In this document: piece by piece, positions 1 to 10,453 of the stretch
How positions within the stretch are numbered: the stretch's first letter is position 1
Layout of the letters: each line of letters starts with the position of its first letter
NCBI GenBank assembly: GCA_002416505.1
Contig: DIAM01000004.1
Span: forward strand, 253,649 to 317,648
Origin: Gammaproteobacteria bacterium UBA5078
Lineage (GTDB): Bacteria > Pseudomonadota > Gammaproteobacteria > Pseudomonadales > Pseudohongiellaceae
DNA: 64,000 bases
Reading direction: 5' to 3'
The notes under the pieces: generated by a model
The model's input: the letters and a program-made list of their open reading frames with translations, nothing else
Told to the model about the DNA's origin: nothing
The model's database searches: none
Translations under genes and position numbers: made by a program

Positions 1-1
1 G

Positions 2-829
2 AATCAAGCGATGTGGGCGAATGTGGCGACGCAAGAGAATCTTGGCGTGCTCGCCGCGCGCGGAGTAAAAGTCTTAGGCCCAGCCTCCGGGGAACAAGCC
101 TGCGGCGACGTCGGCCTTGGTCGCATGCTGGAGCCGCCCGAGATCGCCACTCTCTGCGCTGCCATGTTTGGCGCTGGGCTACTGGCCGGGTTGCGAGTCA
201 CCATTACTGCCGGCCCTACCCAAGAAGCGATCGACCCTGTTCGCTATATCAGCAATCGCAGCTCTGGAAAGATGGCCTATGCCCTGGCCACCGAAGCCGC
301 AGCGGCGGGCGCTCAGGTCACGCTTATTAGCGGTCCCGTGGCGCTCGCTACGCCAGAGCGCGTCAAACGCATCGATGTCATTAGCGCGCAGCAGATGTTG
401 GCCGCCAGCCTAGAGGCGGCGGCGCAATGCGACATTTTCATCGGCGTGGCCGCAGTCGCCGACTATCGCCCTGAGCAGATCGCGACACAGAAGATTAAGA
501 AAGGCGCCGCGACGATGACTCTCGAATTAGTGAAAAATCCCGATATCATCAGCACCATCGCGGCACTGGACAGGCGCCCCTTTACGGTGGGTTTTGCTGC
601 CGAGACCATCGATGTGGAGCGTCACGGCGCAGAGAAATTGCAACGCAAGAGCCTAGACCTATTGTTCGCCAATGATGCCAACGCGACACTGGGCAGCGAC
701 AACATCAGCGCCACGGCGCTTTGGCCACAAGGCTCCATGGCACTGGGCCCGGCCTCGAAACGACGCGTCGCCGTCCAGATGTTGGAGCTGCTGCGCCAAC
801 AGTACGACCTCAAACACAGCCAAGCCTAA
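2..829 (+). CDS. coaBC: CoaBC (phosphopantothenoylcysteine decarboxylase / phosphopantothenate-cysteine ligase), C-terminal CoaB part; the 5' end lies outside the window
   Basis: The frame is open to the window edge. ATQENLGVLAARGVKVLGPASGEQACGDVGLGRM and ITAGPTQEAIDPVRYISNRSSGKM...AAVADYRP are typical of Dfp/CoaBC. Synteny with algC-argB supports the call. Confidence 0.85.
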   Translation, partial: NQAMWANVATQENLGVLAARGVKVLGPASGEQACGDVGLGRMLEPPEIATLCAAMFGAGLLAGLRVTITAGPTQEAIDPVRYISNRSSGKMAYALATEAAAAGAQVTLISGPVALATPERVKRIDVISAQQMLAASLEAAAQCDIFIGVAAVADYRPEQIATQKIKKGAATMTLELVKNPDIISTIAALDRRPFTVGFAAETIDVERHGAEKLQRKSLDLLFANDANATLGSDNISATALWPQGSMALGPASKRRVAVQMLELLRQQYDLKHSQA

Positions 830-936
830 GTTATCGCGCTTGCCCGGCTGGGGACGCCGCCAAAATTTAGGCATAGCCAAGAGCGGGGCTTGTGTTGGAT
901 ACTCTTAACGCATCGAAATATGGCAGAAGCTGCGCA

Positions 937-2349
937 ATGAAACCTCAGGTTAATAATAATATTAATTGCCGCCCCATGGCGCTAGAGCCCAGCATCTTCA
1001 GGGCCTATGATATCCGCGGCATCGTCGATGAACAGCTCGATGAACAGCGTATCGAGCTCATCGGCAAGGCGCTCGCCAGCCTAGCCTTAGAGGCCGGCGA
1101 GCATACCGTCTTATTCGGCAGTGATGCCCGCCTATCGAGTCCGAAATTGCGCACCCCCCTATTGCGCGGCATGCTCTCAACCGGCATGAACGTCGTCGAT
1201 ATGGGCACTATCCCCACGCCATTATTGTACTTCGCAACCTACAACTCGCAGTGGCAATCGGGGCTTATGCTCACCGCCAGCCACAATCCCGCCGTCTATA
1301 ACGGCATCAAGATCGTCCGCCAACGCACCTGTCTTACACCGGAACAGATTCAACAGATTCGCGTACGTGCGGAGCTTGGCGAGTTCCGTCAGGGTGCCGG
1401 CAGCTTGGTGCAAGAGGACTTTCGCAACGCCTATCTGGCGCGGCTACAACACGATATTACGCTAGCGCGGCCCTTGAAAGTCGTAGTCGACTGCGCCAAC
1501 GCCGTGCCCGCGCTATTCGCTCCCGCCCTGTTCGAGCGCCTGGGCTGCACCGTCATCCCCTTATTCTGCGAGCTGGACGGGAGTTTCCCTCACCATCCGC
1601 CAGACCCGACCATTGCCAAGAATTTGCAGGCTCTCATTGCCCAGGTGCGCAGCAGCGCAGCGGATCTAGGCATCGCCTTCGACGGCGATGGCGATCGCGT
1701 GGTAGTCGTCACGAACGCGGGCAATATTATCGACACCGATCGCCTGTTGATGCTCTTCATCAAAGACATCCTACCCCGTTACGAACAGCCCAACGTCGTG
1801 TTCGACGTCAAATGCAGCGCCCTGTTAAGCCAAATAATCACTGATTTCGGTGGCAAGCCGATCATGAGCCGTAGCGGCCACTCCTTCATGAAAGAGGCCA
1901 TGCAGCGCAGCGAGGCCGTTGTGGGCGCCGAACTCTCTGCCCATATCTTTATCAAGGATCGTTGGTATGGCTATGACGACGGCATCTATGCCGCGGCGCG
2001 CTTCTTGGAGCTGCTAAGCAAGCAGCCGATGAGCGCTGAGGACCTGCTCCAGGGTCTGCCCGAGAGCGTGGTGACGCCTGAGCTGCGCATCGATGTCGAG
2101 GACGAGCGCAAGTTCCAGCTCATCGAGCGCATCAAGACACTGGCGCGCTTCCCTCAGGGCAAGATCAATATTTTGGACGGCATACGGGTTGACTTCCCCG
2201 ATGGCTGGGGGCTGATTCGTGCATCCAACACCACCCCCGCGCTGCTATTGCGCTTCGAGGCGAACAGCCGTAAGTCTTTGCGGATTATTCAGTCGCTATT
2301 TAGCGAACTCCTATTAGAAGTAGACAAACGCCTTGTCTTCGACTTTTAG
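937..2349 (+). CDS. algC: Phosphomannomutase/phosphoglucomutase (alpha-D-phosphohexomutase family)
   Basis: ORF 892..2349. It has the TASHNP phosphoserine loop, the FDGDGDR Mg site and the SGHSF sugar loop. Start uncertain: ATG 937 was chosen, and ATG 976 (MALEPSIFRAYDIRG) is equally possible. Confidence 0.85.
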   Translation: MKPQVNNNINCRPMALEPSIFRAYDIRGIVDEQLDEQRIELIGKALASLALEAGEHTVLFGSDARLSSPKLRTPLLRGMLSTGMNVVDMGTIPTPLLYFATYNSQWQSGLMLTASHNPAVYNGIKIVRQRTCLTPEQIQQIRVRAELGEFRQGAGSLVQEDFRNAYLARLQHDITLARPLKVVVDCANAVPALFAPALFERLGCTVIPLFCELDGSFPHHPPDPTIAKNLQALIAQVRSSAADLGIAFDGDGDRVVVVTNAGNIIDTDRLLMLFIKDILPRYEQPNVVFDVKCSALLSQIITDFGGKPIMSRSGHSFMKEAMQRSEAVVGAELSAHIFIKDRWYGYDDGIYAAARFLELLSKQPMSAEDLLQGLPESVVTPELRIDVEDERKFQLIERIKTLARFPQGKINILDGIRVDFPDGWGLIRASNTTPALLLRFEANSRKSLRIIQSLFSELLLEVDKRLVFDF

Positions 2350-3381
<1,032 letters not shown>

Positions 3382-3412
3382 CATCAAGCATTTAGAAAAG
3401 GAAGACTGCAGC

Positions 3413-4024
3413 ATGCCGTCAGAAGCAAAAATTTCCCGTAAAGAACACATCCTTCAATGTCTAGCACGCATGCTCGAGACTGGCCCTGGAGAGCGCATCA
3501 CGACCGCCGCACTCGCCAAGGAAGTGGGCGTATCCGAGGCCGCGCTGTACAGACACTTTCCTAGCAAGGCGAAGATGTTCGAGGGGCTTATCGTGTTCAT
3601 CGAAGAGACGCTATTCTCGCGCATTACCCGCATCCTCGATGACGAGCCATCCGCACACAAACGCTGCGAGAAGATCCTCACCCTAGTGCTGACCTTCGCG
3701 GAGAAAAACCCCGGCATGACGCGCCTTATGACCGGAGATGCACTCGCCGGGGAGACCGAACGACTGCGCGTGCGCATCAGTCAACTCTTCGACCGCTTGG
3801 AGGCGCAACTGAAACAGATACTGCGTGAGGCACAGATTCGCGAGAATCTGCGTTGCGTGGTGTCACCCAGCATCTTGTCTAATCTGTTGATGGCTAGCGC
3901 AGAAGGAAGATTGATGCAGTTTGTGCGTAGCGAGTTTAAGAAACTGCCCACCGCACATTGGGAGGAACAGTGGCAGTATCTGTCGCGGGATATGCTCGTA
4001 CCATTCGGTCAGGAACCCCTCTGA
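3413..4024 (+). CDS. slmA: Nucleoid occlusion factor SlmA (TetR-family HTH)
   Basis: TetR-type [35 protein letters not shown]. The position next to pyrE-rph matches enteric and Pseudomonas genomes. An AAGGAAG SD lies upstream of ATG 3413. Confidence 0.75.
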   Translation: MPSEAKISRKEHILQCLARMLETGPGERITTAALAKEVGVSEAALYRHFPSKAKMFEGLIVFIEETLFSRITRILDDEPSAHKRCEKILTLVLTFAEKNPGMTRLMTGDALAGETERLRVRISQLFDRLEAQLKQILREAQIRENLRCVVSPSILSNLLMASAEGRLMQFVRSEFKKLPTAHWEEQWQYLSRDMLVPFGQEPL

Positions 4025-4052
4025 TCGAGCTAGGGAATTGCGTGAGCCGGCG

Positions 4053-4709
4053 TTAGTCTGCGCTAACGCCGTATTCATCACGATAGCGCTTGACCGCTTC
4101 CAGATTCGACGCCAAGGCGGGGTCGTCTTGGCGACCTAAGTACTCGATGATCTGCGCCAGCGAGATAATGCTTAGCACCGGTATCTTATACTCCTCTTCG
4201 ATCTCTTGTATGGCCGATTTACTGCCAGTTCCGCGCTCCTGTCTATCCAATGCCACGATGATGCCCGCAGGCTGCGTGCCAGTGCGCTCGAACAAATCCA
4301 TGACCTCGCGCACTGCCGTACCGGCAGTGATCACATCGTCCACGATAAGTGCGCGCCCCTGCAGAGGTGCGCCGACCGTTAGCCCACCCTCGCCATGGTC
4401 CTTAGCCTCCTTGCGATTGAAACAATAAGGCTTGTTGATGCCATGGCGGTTGCTCAGCGCGGCCGCCGTCACAGAGACCAAGGGGATGCCCTTATAGGCG
4501 GGACCGAACAGTAAGTCGTAGTCGAAATCCGCCTGCGCCAACGCGGCAGCATAGGTACTGCCGATGAAGTCCAGAGCAGCCCCGGTATTGAACAGACCTG
4601 CGTTGAAAAAGTAGGGGCTGGTACGACCCGATTTCAGCGTAAAACTTCCAAAGCGCAAGATCTCTTGTTCGATAACAAACTCGATAAACGCCTGCTGAAA
4701 CTTCTGCAT
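4053..4709 (-). CDS. pyrE: Orotate phosphoribosyltransferase
   Basis: [11 protein letters not shown]...[24 protein letters not shown] and the PRPP loop [15 protein letters not shown] 4709 is preceded by a GAAGGGGA SD. Confidence 0.9.
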   Translation of the reverse strand: MQKFQQAFIEFVIEQEILRFGSFTLKSGRTSPYFFNAGLFNTGAALDFIGSTYAAALAQADFDYDLLFGPAYKGIPLVSVTAAALSNRHGINKPYCFNRKEAKDHGEGGLTVGAPLQGRALIVDDVITAGTAVREVMDLFERTGTQPAGIIVALDRQERGTGSKSAIQEIEEEYKIPVLSIISLAQIIEYLGRQDDPALASNLEAVKRYRDEYGVSAD

Positions 4710-4752
4710 AACACTCCCCTTCAAGATAGTCCGTAACGATAGTCCGTGAGAT

Positions 4753-5481
4753 TTAGATCCCTAGCGCCTGCTTCTGTTTCTCGAGAAGTTCCGCGATGCC
4801 TTTCTGTGCCAGTGCGATCATCGATTGCAACTCGGTGTTATCGAAGTCGTTCTCCTCGCCAGTGCCTTGCAGCTCGATGAAACGCAGCTTCTCAGTCATC
4901 ACCACGTTCATGTCGGTCTCCGCTTTGGAATCCTCGGCATAGTCGAGGTCGAGAACTGGCACGCCCTTGTAGATGCCAACCGACACAGAGGCGATAAGTT
5001 GCTTCATCGGATTCTTCTTCACTCGGCCGCTCTTGAGCAGCACACCGATCGCGTCGTGGAGTGCCACACAGGCACCGGTAACCGATGCCGTGCGCGTGCC
5101 TCCGTCGGCCTGGATAACGTCGCAGTCGATCTTGATCGTGTTCTCACCTAGCAGCTTCATATCTAAAGCCGCACGCAGAGAACGGCCGATCAGGCGCGAA
5201 ATTTCCATGGTGCGTCCACCCTGCTTGCCACGCACCGACTCACGATCCATGCGCGACCCAGTGGAGCGCGGCAGCATGCCGTACTCTGCGGTGACCCAAC
5301 CGTTACCCGAACCCTTCAGAAAGCGTGGCACAGAGTCCTCGACACTCGCGGTGCAGATCACTTTCGTATCGCCAAACTCTACCAACACGGAGCCTTCGGC
5401 GTGTTTAGTGTAGTGACGGGTGATGCGAATATCGCGCAGTTGATCGTTCTCGCGCTTACTGGGTCGGATGGTGTCTTGCAT
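4753..5481 (-). CDS. rph: Ribonuclease PH
   Basis: Near-colinear with E. coli RNase PH: [49 protein letters not shown]. Confidence 0.95.
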   Translation of the reverse strand: MQDTIRPSKRENDQLRDIRITRHYTKHAEGSVLVEFGDTKVICTASVEDSVPRFLKGSGNGWVTAEYGMLPRSTGSRMDRESVRGKQGGRTMEISRLIGRSLRAALDMKLLGENTIKIDCDVIQADGGTRTASVTGACVALHDAIGVLLKSGRVKKNPMKQLIASVSVGIYKGVPVLDLDYAEDSKAETDMNVVMTEKLRFIELQGTGEENDFDNTELQSMIALAQKGIAELLEKQKQALGI

Positions 5482-5641
5482 ACTGCCTCACTTAGTGTTG
5501 CTGATAATTGACTCGCGATTATCCTTGATCTGTTCTTTGATGGCGAGTAAGAAGGACGATATTGGAGTAAGATACGGATTCGAGCTAACAGCTTAGAAGT
5601 GAAGCTGTTGAAATTCTTGACGTTTCCAAGCAGAGCACACT

Positions 5642-6508
5642 ATGGTCTTAAGCATGACTGCTTTCGCAAGAAAGCAAAGTAGTATCGGACAAACTCTCCT
5701 CGTCTGGGAGATCCGCTCCGTCAACCACCGCTACCTAGAAACCGGTTTTCGCTTTCCCGAAGCGCTACGCTCGCTTGAGCCCGCGGTTCGCGATGCGCTG
5801 CGCAAAACGCTCGCCCGCGGCAAAGTAGACTGCCAGCTGCGCATCGAAACCGAGGGTGCACAAGACAATAACTTGCAGATCGACGAGGCGCTGGTCGTCA
5901 AACTCAATAACGCGAGCGGCGAGGTCTTGCATCTGACCGGCGGCGGTAACGCCCTTTCGGTCCATGAGATCCTCAAATGGCCAGGCGTGCTGCTAGAGAG
6001 CCAGGCCCTGCCCGAGGATTTGGAGACACATGCCCTCGCCCTCTTCAAACAGACGCTTACAGAGCTTATCGACACTCGCAAACGCGAGGGCGAGGAGCTG
6101 TACGGCTTTGTGAGCAAGCGTCTCGCCGCCATCCGCGAGATAGTGGCCTCTATTGGGGCCCGCATGCCCGAGATCATCGCCGCCCAGCAGCAGTCACTGC
6201 GCGACCGCCTCGAGGCGCTCAAAGTCGAGCTGGACGGCCCACGCCTAGAGCAAGAGATCGTGATGTATGCGCAGAAATGGGATATCGACGAAGAGCTAGA
6301 CCGCCTAGAGGCACATCTGAACGAAGTAGAGCGAGTACTGGAATTGAAGGAGCCCTCTGGGCGTCGCCTCGACTTCCTGATGCAGGAGCTCAACCGCGAG
6401 GCCAATACACTCTCCTCCAAGTCCATCGTGTCCGAAACCACCCACAATGCGGTAGACCTGAAGGTGTTGATCGAACAGATGCGGGAGCAGATTCAGAACA
6501 TCGAGTGA
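5642..6508 (+). CDS. yicC: YicC-family stress-induced protein
   Basis: The N-terminus SMTAFARK...WEIRSVNHRYLETGFRFPEALRSLEP and the C-terminus EANTLSSKS match the YicC N/C domains. It is divergent from rph, as in E. coli. Confidence 0.85.
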   Translation: MVLSMTAFARKQSSIGQTLLVWEIRSVNHRYLETGFRFPEALRSLEPAVRDALRKTLARGKVDCQLRIETEGAQDNNLQIDEALVVKLNNASGEVLHLTGGGNALSVHEILKWPGVLLESQALPEDLETHALALFKQTLTELIDTRKREGEELYGFVSKRLAAIREIVASIGARMPEIIAAQQQSLRDRLEALKVELDGPRLEQEIVMYAQKWDIDEELDRLEAHLNEVERVLELKEPSGRRLDFLMQELNREANTLSSKSIVSETTHNAVDLKVLIEQMREQIQNIE

Positions 6509-6768
6509 TTGTTTTGCTATTCGCTCTCCGCCTCGTTTAGCACGGTATGTTTTAATTGATCAACCGCATCGCAAAGGCGCCGCGAGATATCGCATGCCTA
6601 GAGCACGAGGAGACTATGCTCACTCTTGTTAGAGCGCCTAGGCTTTACCTTCCCCTCTCCCCGTTCAGCTGACAGTAAGCTGTACTAGGCTAAATTACCC
6701 TCAAACACACTCTGTGCGTGGCTACATGCCACCATCCCTTTTCTCAGAGTGTGCACAGAGGATGCACC

Positions 6769-7485
6769 ATGATCGGGAATCAAAGGTTCAGCGCGCTTGT
6801 GCTGGGTTTATCTCTTATCGTCGGCTTGTCAGGCCTAGGCTATCTGCTGGGTAGCTATGCAATCGCCGTCAAAGAGTATGAGCGCACAGTCACCGTGCGC
6901 GGTCTGGCAGAACATGAAGTAGACGCCGACATAGTAATCTGGCCGATTCAATTCACCTTAGCTGGGAACGAGCTCGAAGCCTTGTATAGCCTCATCGATA
7001 GTAGCAACAATAAGATTTTTACATTTCTACAGGCCAACGGAATCGAGGCGGCGGCAGTCACTCTAGCTCCTCCGGCCATCACGGATAGACTCGCGCAGCT
7101 CTATGGCAATAGCGCCCCGGTTGAGCTGCGCTATAGCGCTCAACAAAATCTGACGGTGTACTCTTCCGACATCGCAGGGGTGAGAGAGTTGATGAGTTCT
7201 ATGTCTGAACTCGGCAGGGAGGGCATTGTGTTCTCAGGTAGCGAGTACAATTTGCAGCCGGAGTATATTTTCAATCGCCTCAATGATATTAAGCCCGCCA
7301 TGATCGAGGAGGCAACGCGCGAGGCTCGCGCGGCCGCGCAAAAATTTGCGTTAGACTCACAGAGTGAGTTGGGCAATATTCGCAAGGCCTCTCAGGGCCA
7401 GTTTAGTATTAGCGATCGTGATCGCAACAATCCCCATATCAAGAATGTCCGTGTAGTCGTAACGGTAGAGTACTATCTGAAATAG
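6769..7485 (+). CDS. SIMPL (DUF541)-domain periplasmic/membrane-anchored protein
   Basis: N-terminal hydrophobic anchor (FSALVLGLSLIVGLSGLGYLL), then YERTVTVRGLAE... and the C-terminal pattern EARAAAQKFALDSQSELGNIRKASQGQFSI typical of SIMPL/YggE-like proteins. ATG 6769 has an AGAGGA SD. Confidence 0.6.
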   Translation: MIGNQRFSALVLGLSLIVGLSGLGYLLGSYAIAVKEYERTVTVRGLAEHEVDADIVIWPIQFTLAGNELEALYSLIDSSNNKIFTFLQANGIEAAAVTLAPPAITDRLAQLYGNSAPVELRYSAQQNLTVYSSDIAGVRELMSSMSELGREGIVFSGSEYNLQPEYIFNRLNDIKPAMIEEATREARAAAQKFALDSQSELGNIRKASQGQFSISDRDRNNPHIKNVRVVVTVEYYLK

Positions 7486-7527
7486 AGGGGCCAGAGTAAT
7501 ACTCATGGCCCCTGTTAAAGGTTGTGC

Positions 7528-8160
7528 TTAACCCACTTTCTTGTTCATCAACGCGTCATCGAGCTCGTTGGCCCGCTTAGCTGCGGGCCGGGCCTCGCAG
7601 CGGTTCACGTATTCCATGAACACAGGCTTTGCTTCAAAGGTCTTCTGGAACATTGCCCATCCAAGAGTACTAGCGAGTAGTATGTCGGCCGCCGTGAATT
7701 GCTCACCGCAAATATAGGGTCCTTTCCGAAGAGCAGACTCCAAAACGTTTATGGTGTCTGCAATATTGCCACACCCCAGCGACATCGCATTATCTTGGTC
7801 GACCTTCCAATTATTGCTTATAGCGCTCATCGCCATCTCTAGCGGGCCTGCGCAGAAGAACAGCCAGCGATAGTAATCGCCACGTAGTGGATCATTGCGG
7901 CCGGGGGCGAGATTCTCTTCAGGAAATTGATCTGCTAGGTAGGCACAGATCGCTGCCACTTCGGTCACAATCGTATCGCGATGCTTAATCGCCGGAACTT
8001 TCCCCATAGGATTGATCGCCAGAAACTGCGCAGACTTAATGTGCTCGCCGAACTCCATGACTTCAATCTCGTAATCCACGCCGATCTCTTCAAGCATCCA
8101 ACGTACTATTCGACCGCGTGACTGAGGGTTCGAATACAAAGTTAGTGTTCTCATGTTCAT
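7528..8160 (-). CDS. Glutathione S-transferase family protein
   Basis: Thioredoxin-like N-domain LTLYSNPQSRGRIVRWMLEEIGVDYE...INPMGKVPAI...VTEVAAICAYLADQF. I used the internal ATG 8160 (MNMRTL). Confidence 0.75.
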   Translation of the reverse strand: MNMRTLTLYSNPQSRGRIVRWMLEEIGVDYEIEVMEFGEHIKSAQFLAINPMGKVPAIKHRDTIVTEVAAICAYLADQFPEENLAPGRNDPLRGDYYRWLFFCAGPLEMAMSAISNNWKVDQDNAMSLGCGNIADTINVLESALRKGPYICGEQFTAADILLASTLGWAMFQKTFEAKPVFMEYVNRCEARPAAKRANELDDALMNKKVG

Positions 8161-8307
8161 ATCCTTTGCTCTTTTTTTGGTATTAGTGGTGTGTTTTTGT
8201 CGACGCAGGCACAATACAAAATATATAGGACATTTTATGTCCTGTTTGCTTTGTAGCATCACATTTTTGCTCGCCTATACGCTATCAAGAGCCACTAGGA
8301 CCTCATC

Positions 8308-9261
8308 ATGTCGAAACCACTTACTCGTGTACTGTCGCTGCTTGAATTGCTGCAGACACATGGACTGTTGTCCGGCGCACAGATCGCTACGCGATTGGAC
8401 GTAGACATTCGCACCGTGCGTCGTTATATCGCCGCTCTAGAGGAGCTAGGGATTCCAGTGCTCACAGAACAAGGGCGCTATGGAGGCTATCGCTTAGTGG
8501 CTGGTTTTAAGCTGCCACCGATGATGTTTACCGAAGAGGAAACGTTGGCCATATCACTCGGTCTCCTTGCCGCTAATCAACTTGGCCTTGCCGAAACCAC
8601 GCCCTCCATTACAAGCGTCCAGGCGAAGCTTGAGCGCGTAATGCCGAAGAATCTGAAGCGCCGCGTTCGGGCGATTAGCCAGAGCGCAAGCCTCATATTG
8701 CCTAAGGCTCATGGCGCAGAGAATAAGGAGGATCTACTATTGCTGACCGATGCCGCCCATGGGCAGCAACGCGTGCGCTTCGTATATGAAGCAGAGAACA
8801 ATGTTGCTCAGGTTCGCGATGTCGACCCCTATGGGATCGTGTTCCGGCGTGGTCATTGGTATTTGGTGGGGCATTGTCACCTACGCGATGCGCTGCGCAC
8901 CTTCCGCTTAGATCGGCTCTGCAAGGTAGAGCTTTTAATGCACAGCTTCTTGCGACCAGCACAGTTCGATGCAGCGAGCTATCTCAATAGGAGTATGCAG
9001 AATGTGCCACGTCAACATCCCGTCAGCGTCTTATTGCATACCGATATGGCGTCGGCTTCATATTATCTTCATGGCTTAGAGGGGATATTGCGCGAATGCG
9101 ATGAGGGTTTACTCATGGAAACGAGTACGGATAGTTTAGATTGGTTCGCGCGCTGGCTAGTACAAATGCCAATTGCGGTGACCGTAATTAAACCCACTTC
9201 CCTGTGGGACGCTATCTGCGAGCATGTGCAACATGTGCAGGGCAATTTTAAACTCGTGTAA
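8308..9261 (+). CDS. YafY-family transcriptional regulator (wHTH + WYL domain)
   Basis: N-terminal HTH RVLSLLELLQTHGLLSGAQIATRLDVDIRTVRRYIAALEELGIPV. A literal WYL motif is present (FRRGHWYLVGHCHLR). Confidence 0.75.
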   Translation: MSKPLTRVLSLLELLQTHGLLSGAQIATRLDVDIRTVRRYIAALEELGIPVLTEQGRYGGYRLVAGFKLPPMMFTEEETLAISLGLLAANQLGLAETTPSITSVQAKLERVMPKNLKRRVRAISQSASLILPKAHGAENKEDLLLLTDAAHGQQRVRFVYEAENNVAQVRDVDPYGIVFRRGHWYLVGHCHLRDALRTFRLDRLCKVELLMHSFLRPAQFDAASYLNRSMQNVPRQHPVSVLLHTDMASASYYLHGLEGILRECDEGLLMETSTDSLDWFARWLVQMPIAVTVIKPTSLWDAICEHVQHVQGNFKLV

Positions 9262-9447
9262 ACAAAGTTTTGGCTGCACTTTTCTTATGTCTTCCATGAG
9301 GCACTAACGCTAATGCCACATGGAGAACTTTTATATGCTGCGCCGCTCTTAGAAAGAGTAACGTAAATCCTAAAGAAACTGCACAGCGAAATCATTTCGA
9401 CTTTTTTTCGAAGATGAGCAGAGCCATAGCCTGAAGGGAATTGATGG

Positions 9448-9474
9448 ACACGAGGCGCGCAGCGCGCCTCGTGT
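9448..9474 (-). terminator. Perfect 13-bp inverted repeat (ACACGAGGCGCGC a GCGCGCCTCGTGT) immediately 3' of the DUF2959 gene
   Basis: Read directly from the sequence. It lies 10 nt downstream of the stop at 9484 and has no U-tract, so it may be a Rho-independent-like stabiliser or a protein-binding palindrome. Confidence 0.35.
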
Positions 9475-9483
9475 AGAGGTGAG

Positions 9484-10125
9484 TTACTGTTGCTGCATCT
9501 CCGCGATGAAACGATCGGATTCCGCGATCGCTATTTCCATTGCGTCAATCAAGCGATCGACATCGGTATTGATGGTATCGAGTTCGCCACGCAGTGAGGC
9601 GACGGCCCGCGCGTTGAGATTATGTTTCAAATACAATACATTGTCGCGCAGGCTATTCAGGACGGGGTCGAGCGTGGCCTCGGCGCGTTGCATGGCGCCA
9701 ATGAGTCGCGTGTAACGCGTGCGAGTATCACGCAGCTGCTGTTCACTGTCCCGACGCAATGCCTGATTGGTGTATAGGTCTAGCTCGTCTGACCATTCGT
9801 CGAACAGCGCGTCGGCCACAGACTCCACGGCTTTTATGCGATCCCGTATCCGCTCTGCCGATTCTTCTGTGTCCTCGAATTCCGCATTCAGGCGATCATA
9901 GACTTGTTGCAGTTCACCGCCATCGAAGTTCACCACACTGCGAAACTGTTCTAAGGCATCGCGAAACTGTTCCTGGCCTTCCTGCTGCGCGCTTTGCGCC
10001 TCGCCGATGCGATCGACGAGAATCTCGCGCTTGTGTACGCCAAGTTGTTCCATCGTGCCGTAGTAGGCCGATTCACACGCGGTGAGCAGAAAAATAGCGG
10101 CCGCAGAAAATAGGACTTGTCTCAT
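9484..10125 (-). CDS. DUF2959-family lipoprotein
   Basis: Lipobox LLTAC. YYGTMEQLGVHKREILVDRIGEAQSAQQEGQEQFRDALEQFR resembles the DUF2959 family. The body is coiled-coil rich. Confidence 0.65.
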   Translation of the reverse strand: MRQVLFSAAAIFLLTACESAYYGTMEQLGVHKREILVDRIGEAQSAQQEGQEQFRDALEQFRSVVNFDGGELQQVYDRLNAEFEDTEESAERIRDRIKAVESVADALFDEWSDELDLYTNQALRRDSEQQLRDTRTRYTRLIGAMQRAEATLDPVLNSLRDNVLYLKHNLNARAVASLRGELDTINTDVDRLIDAMEIAIAESDRFIAEMQQQ

Positions 10126-10322
10126 TTGCTATTCCTTTTTATGGCGTCCACTACGCGATCGGTACGCTTGTCCGCGAGATGACTGTTCACAACTAAAAGC
10201 GCATGAATAACACCTGGCACCCAAAAGCAGAGTGTTAGCAGAATATTGATCAAGGCTTGAAACGGTTTTCCACACAAGAACACGGCCAAGGGTGGCAGAA
10301 AAATCGCAATGATATAACGCAC
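10122..10322 (-). CDS. YqaE/Pmp3-family small membrane proteolipid
   Basis: IFLPPLAVFL...INILLTLCFWVPGVIHAL is the Pmp3/UPF0057 signature. Its stop overlaps the downstream start (ATGA at 10122-10125). Confidence 0.8.
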   Translation of the reverse strand: MRYIIAIFLPPLAVFLCGKPFQALINILLTLCFWVPGVIHALLVVNSHLADKRTDRVVDAIKRNSK

Positions 10323-10453
10323 AAGATATCTCCAATTATCAGTAAGGCGAGTCCTAATTGACGAAATTAGTAGGCAGCCACGATTCTTTTGCTTACTTTA
10401 AGCGCTTTTGCCACCATTGCAAAACCTAATATCGCTACTTTCGAGTACCTCTC

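Noticed and set aside
829-937. Absence of dut between coaBC and algC, where it sits in Pseudomonas and enterics.
   Set aside because: The spacer is only about 100 nt and shows no remnant of dut. Gene-order variation of this kind is common and is not evidence of anything unusual.
5731-6447. Long antisense ORFs inside well-supported genes: 5731..6447(-) in yicC, 15593..16213(-) and 15717..16241(-) in spoT, 34480..34884(-) in the kinase, and 38457..38975(-) in the Pro-rich gene.
   Set aside because: Their products are low-complexity (Ser/Arg/Ala/Pro-rich) with no motifs, and they lie fully within genes that have strong family signatures. They are typical shadow ORFs of GC-biased coding DNA.
8115-8135. 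GGGTTCGAATAC, a tRNA T-loop-like string.
   Set aside because: It lies inside the GST coding sequence, and no acceptor or anticodon stems can be drawn around it. No tRNA, rRNA, tmRNA, SRP or RNase P RNA signatures were seen in any intergenic region.
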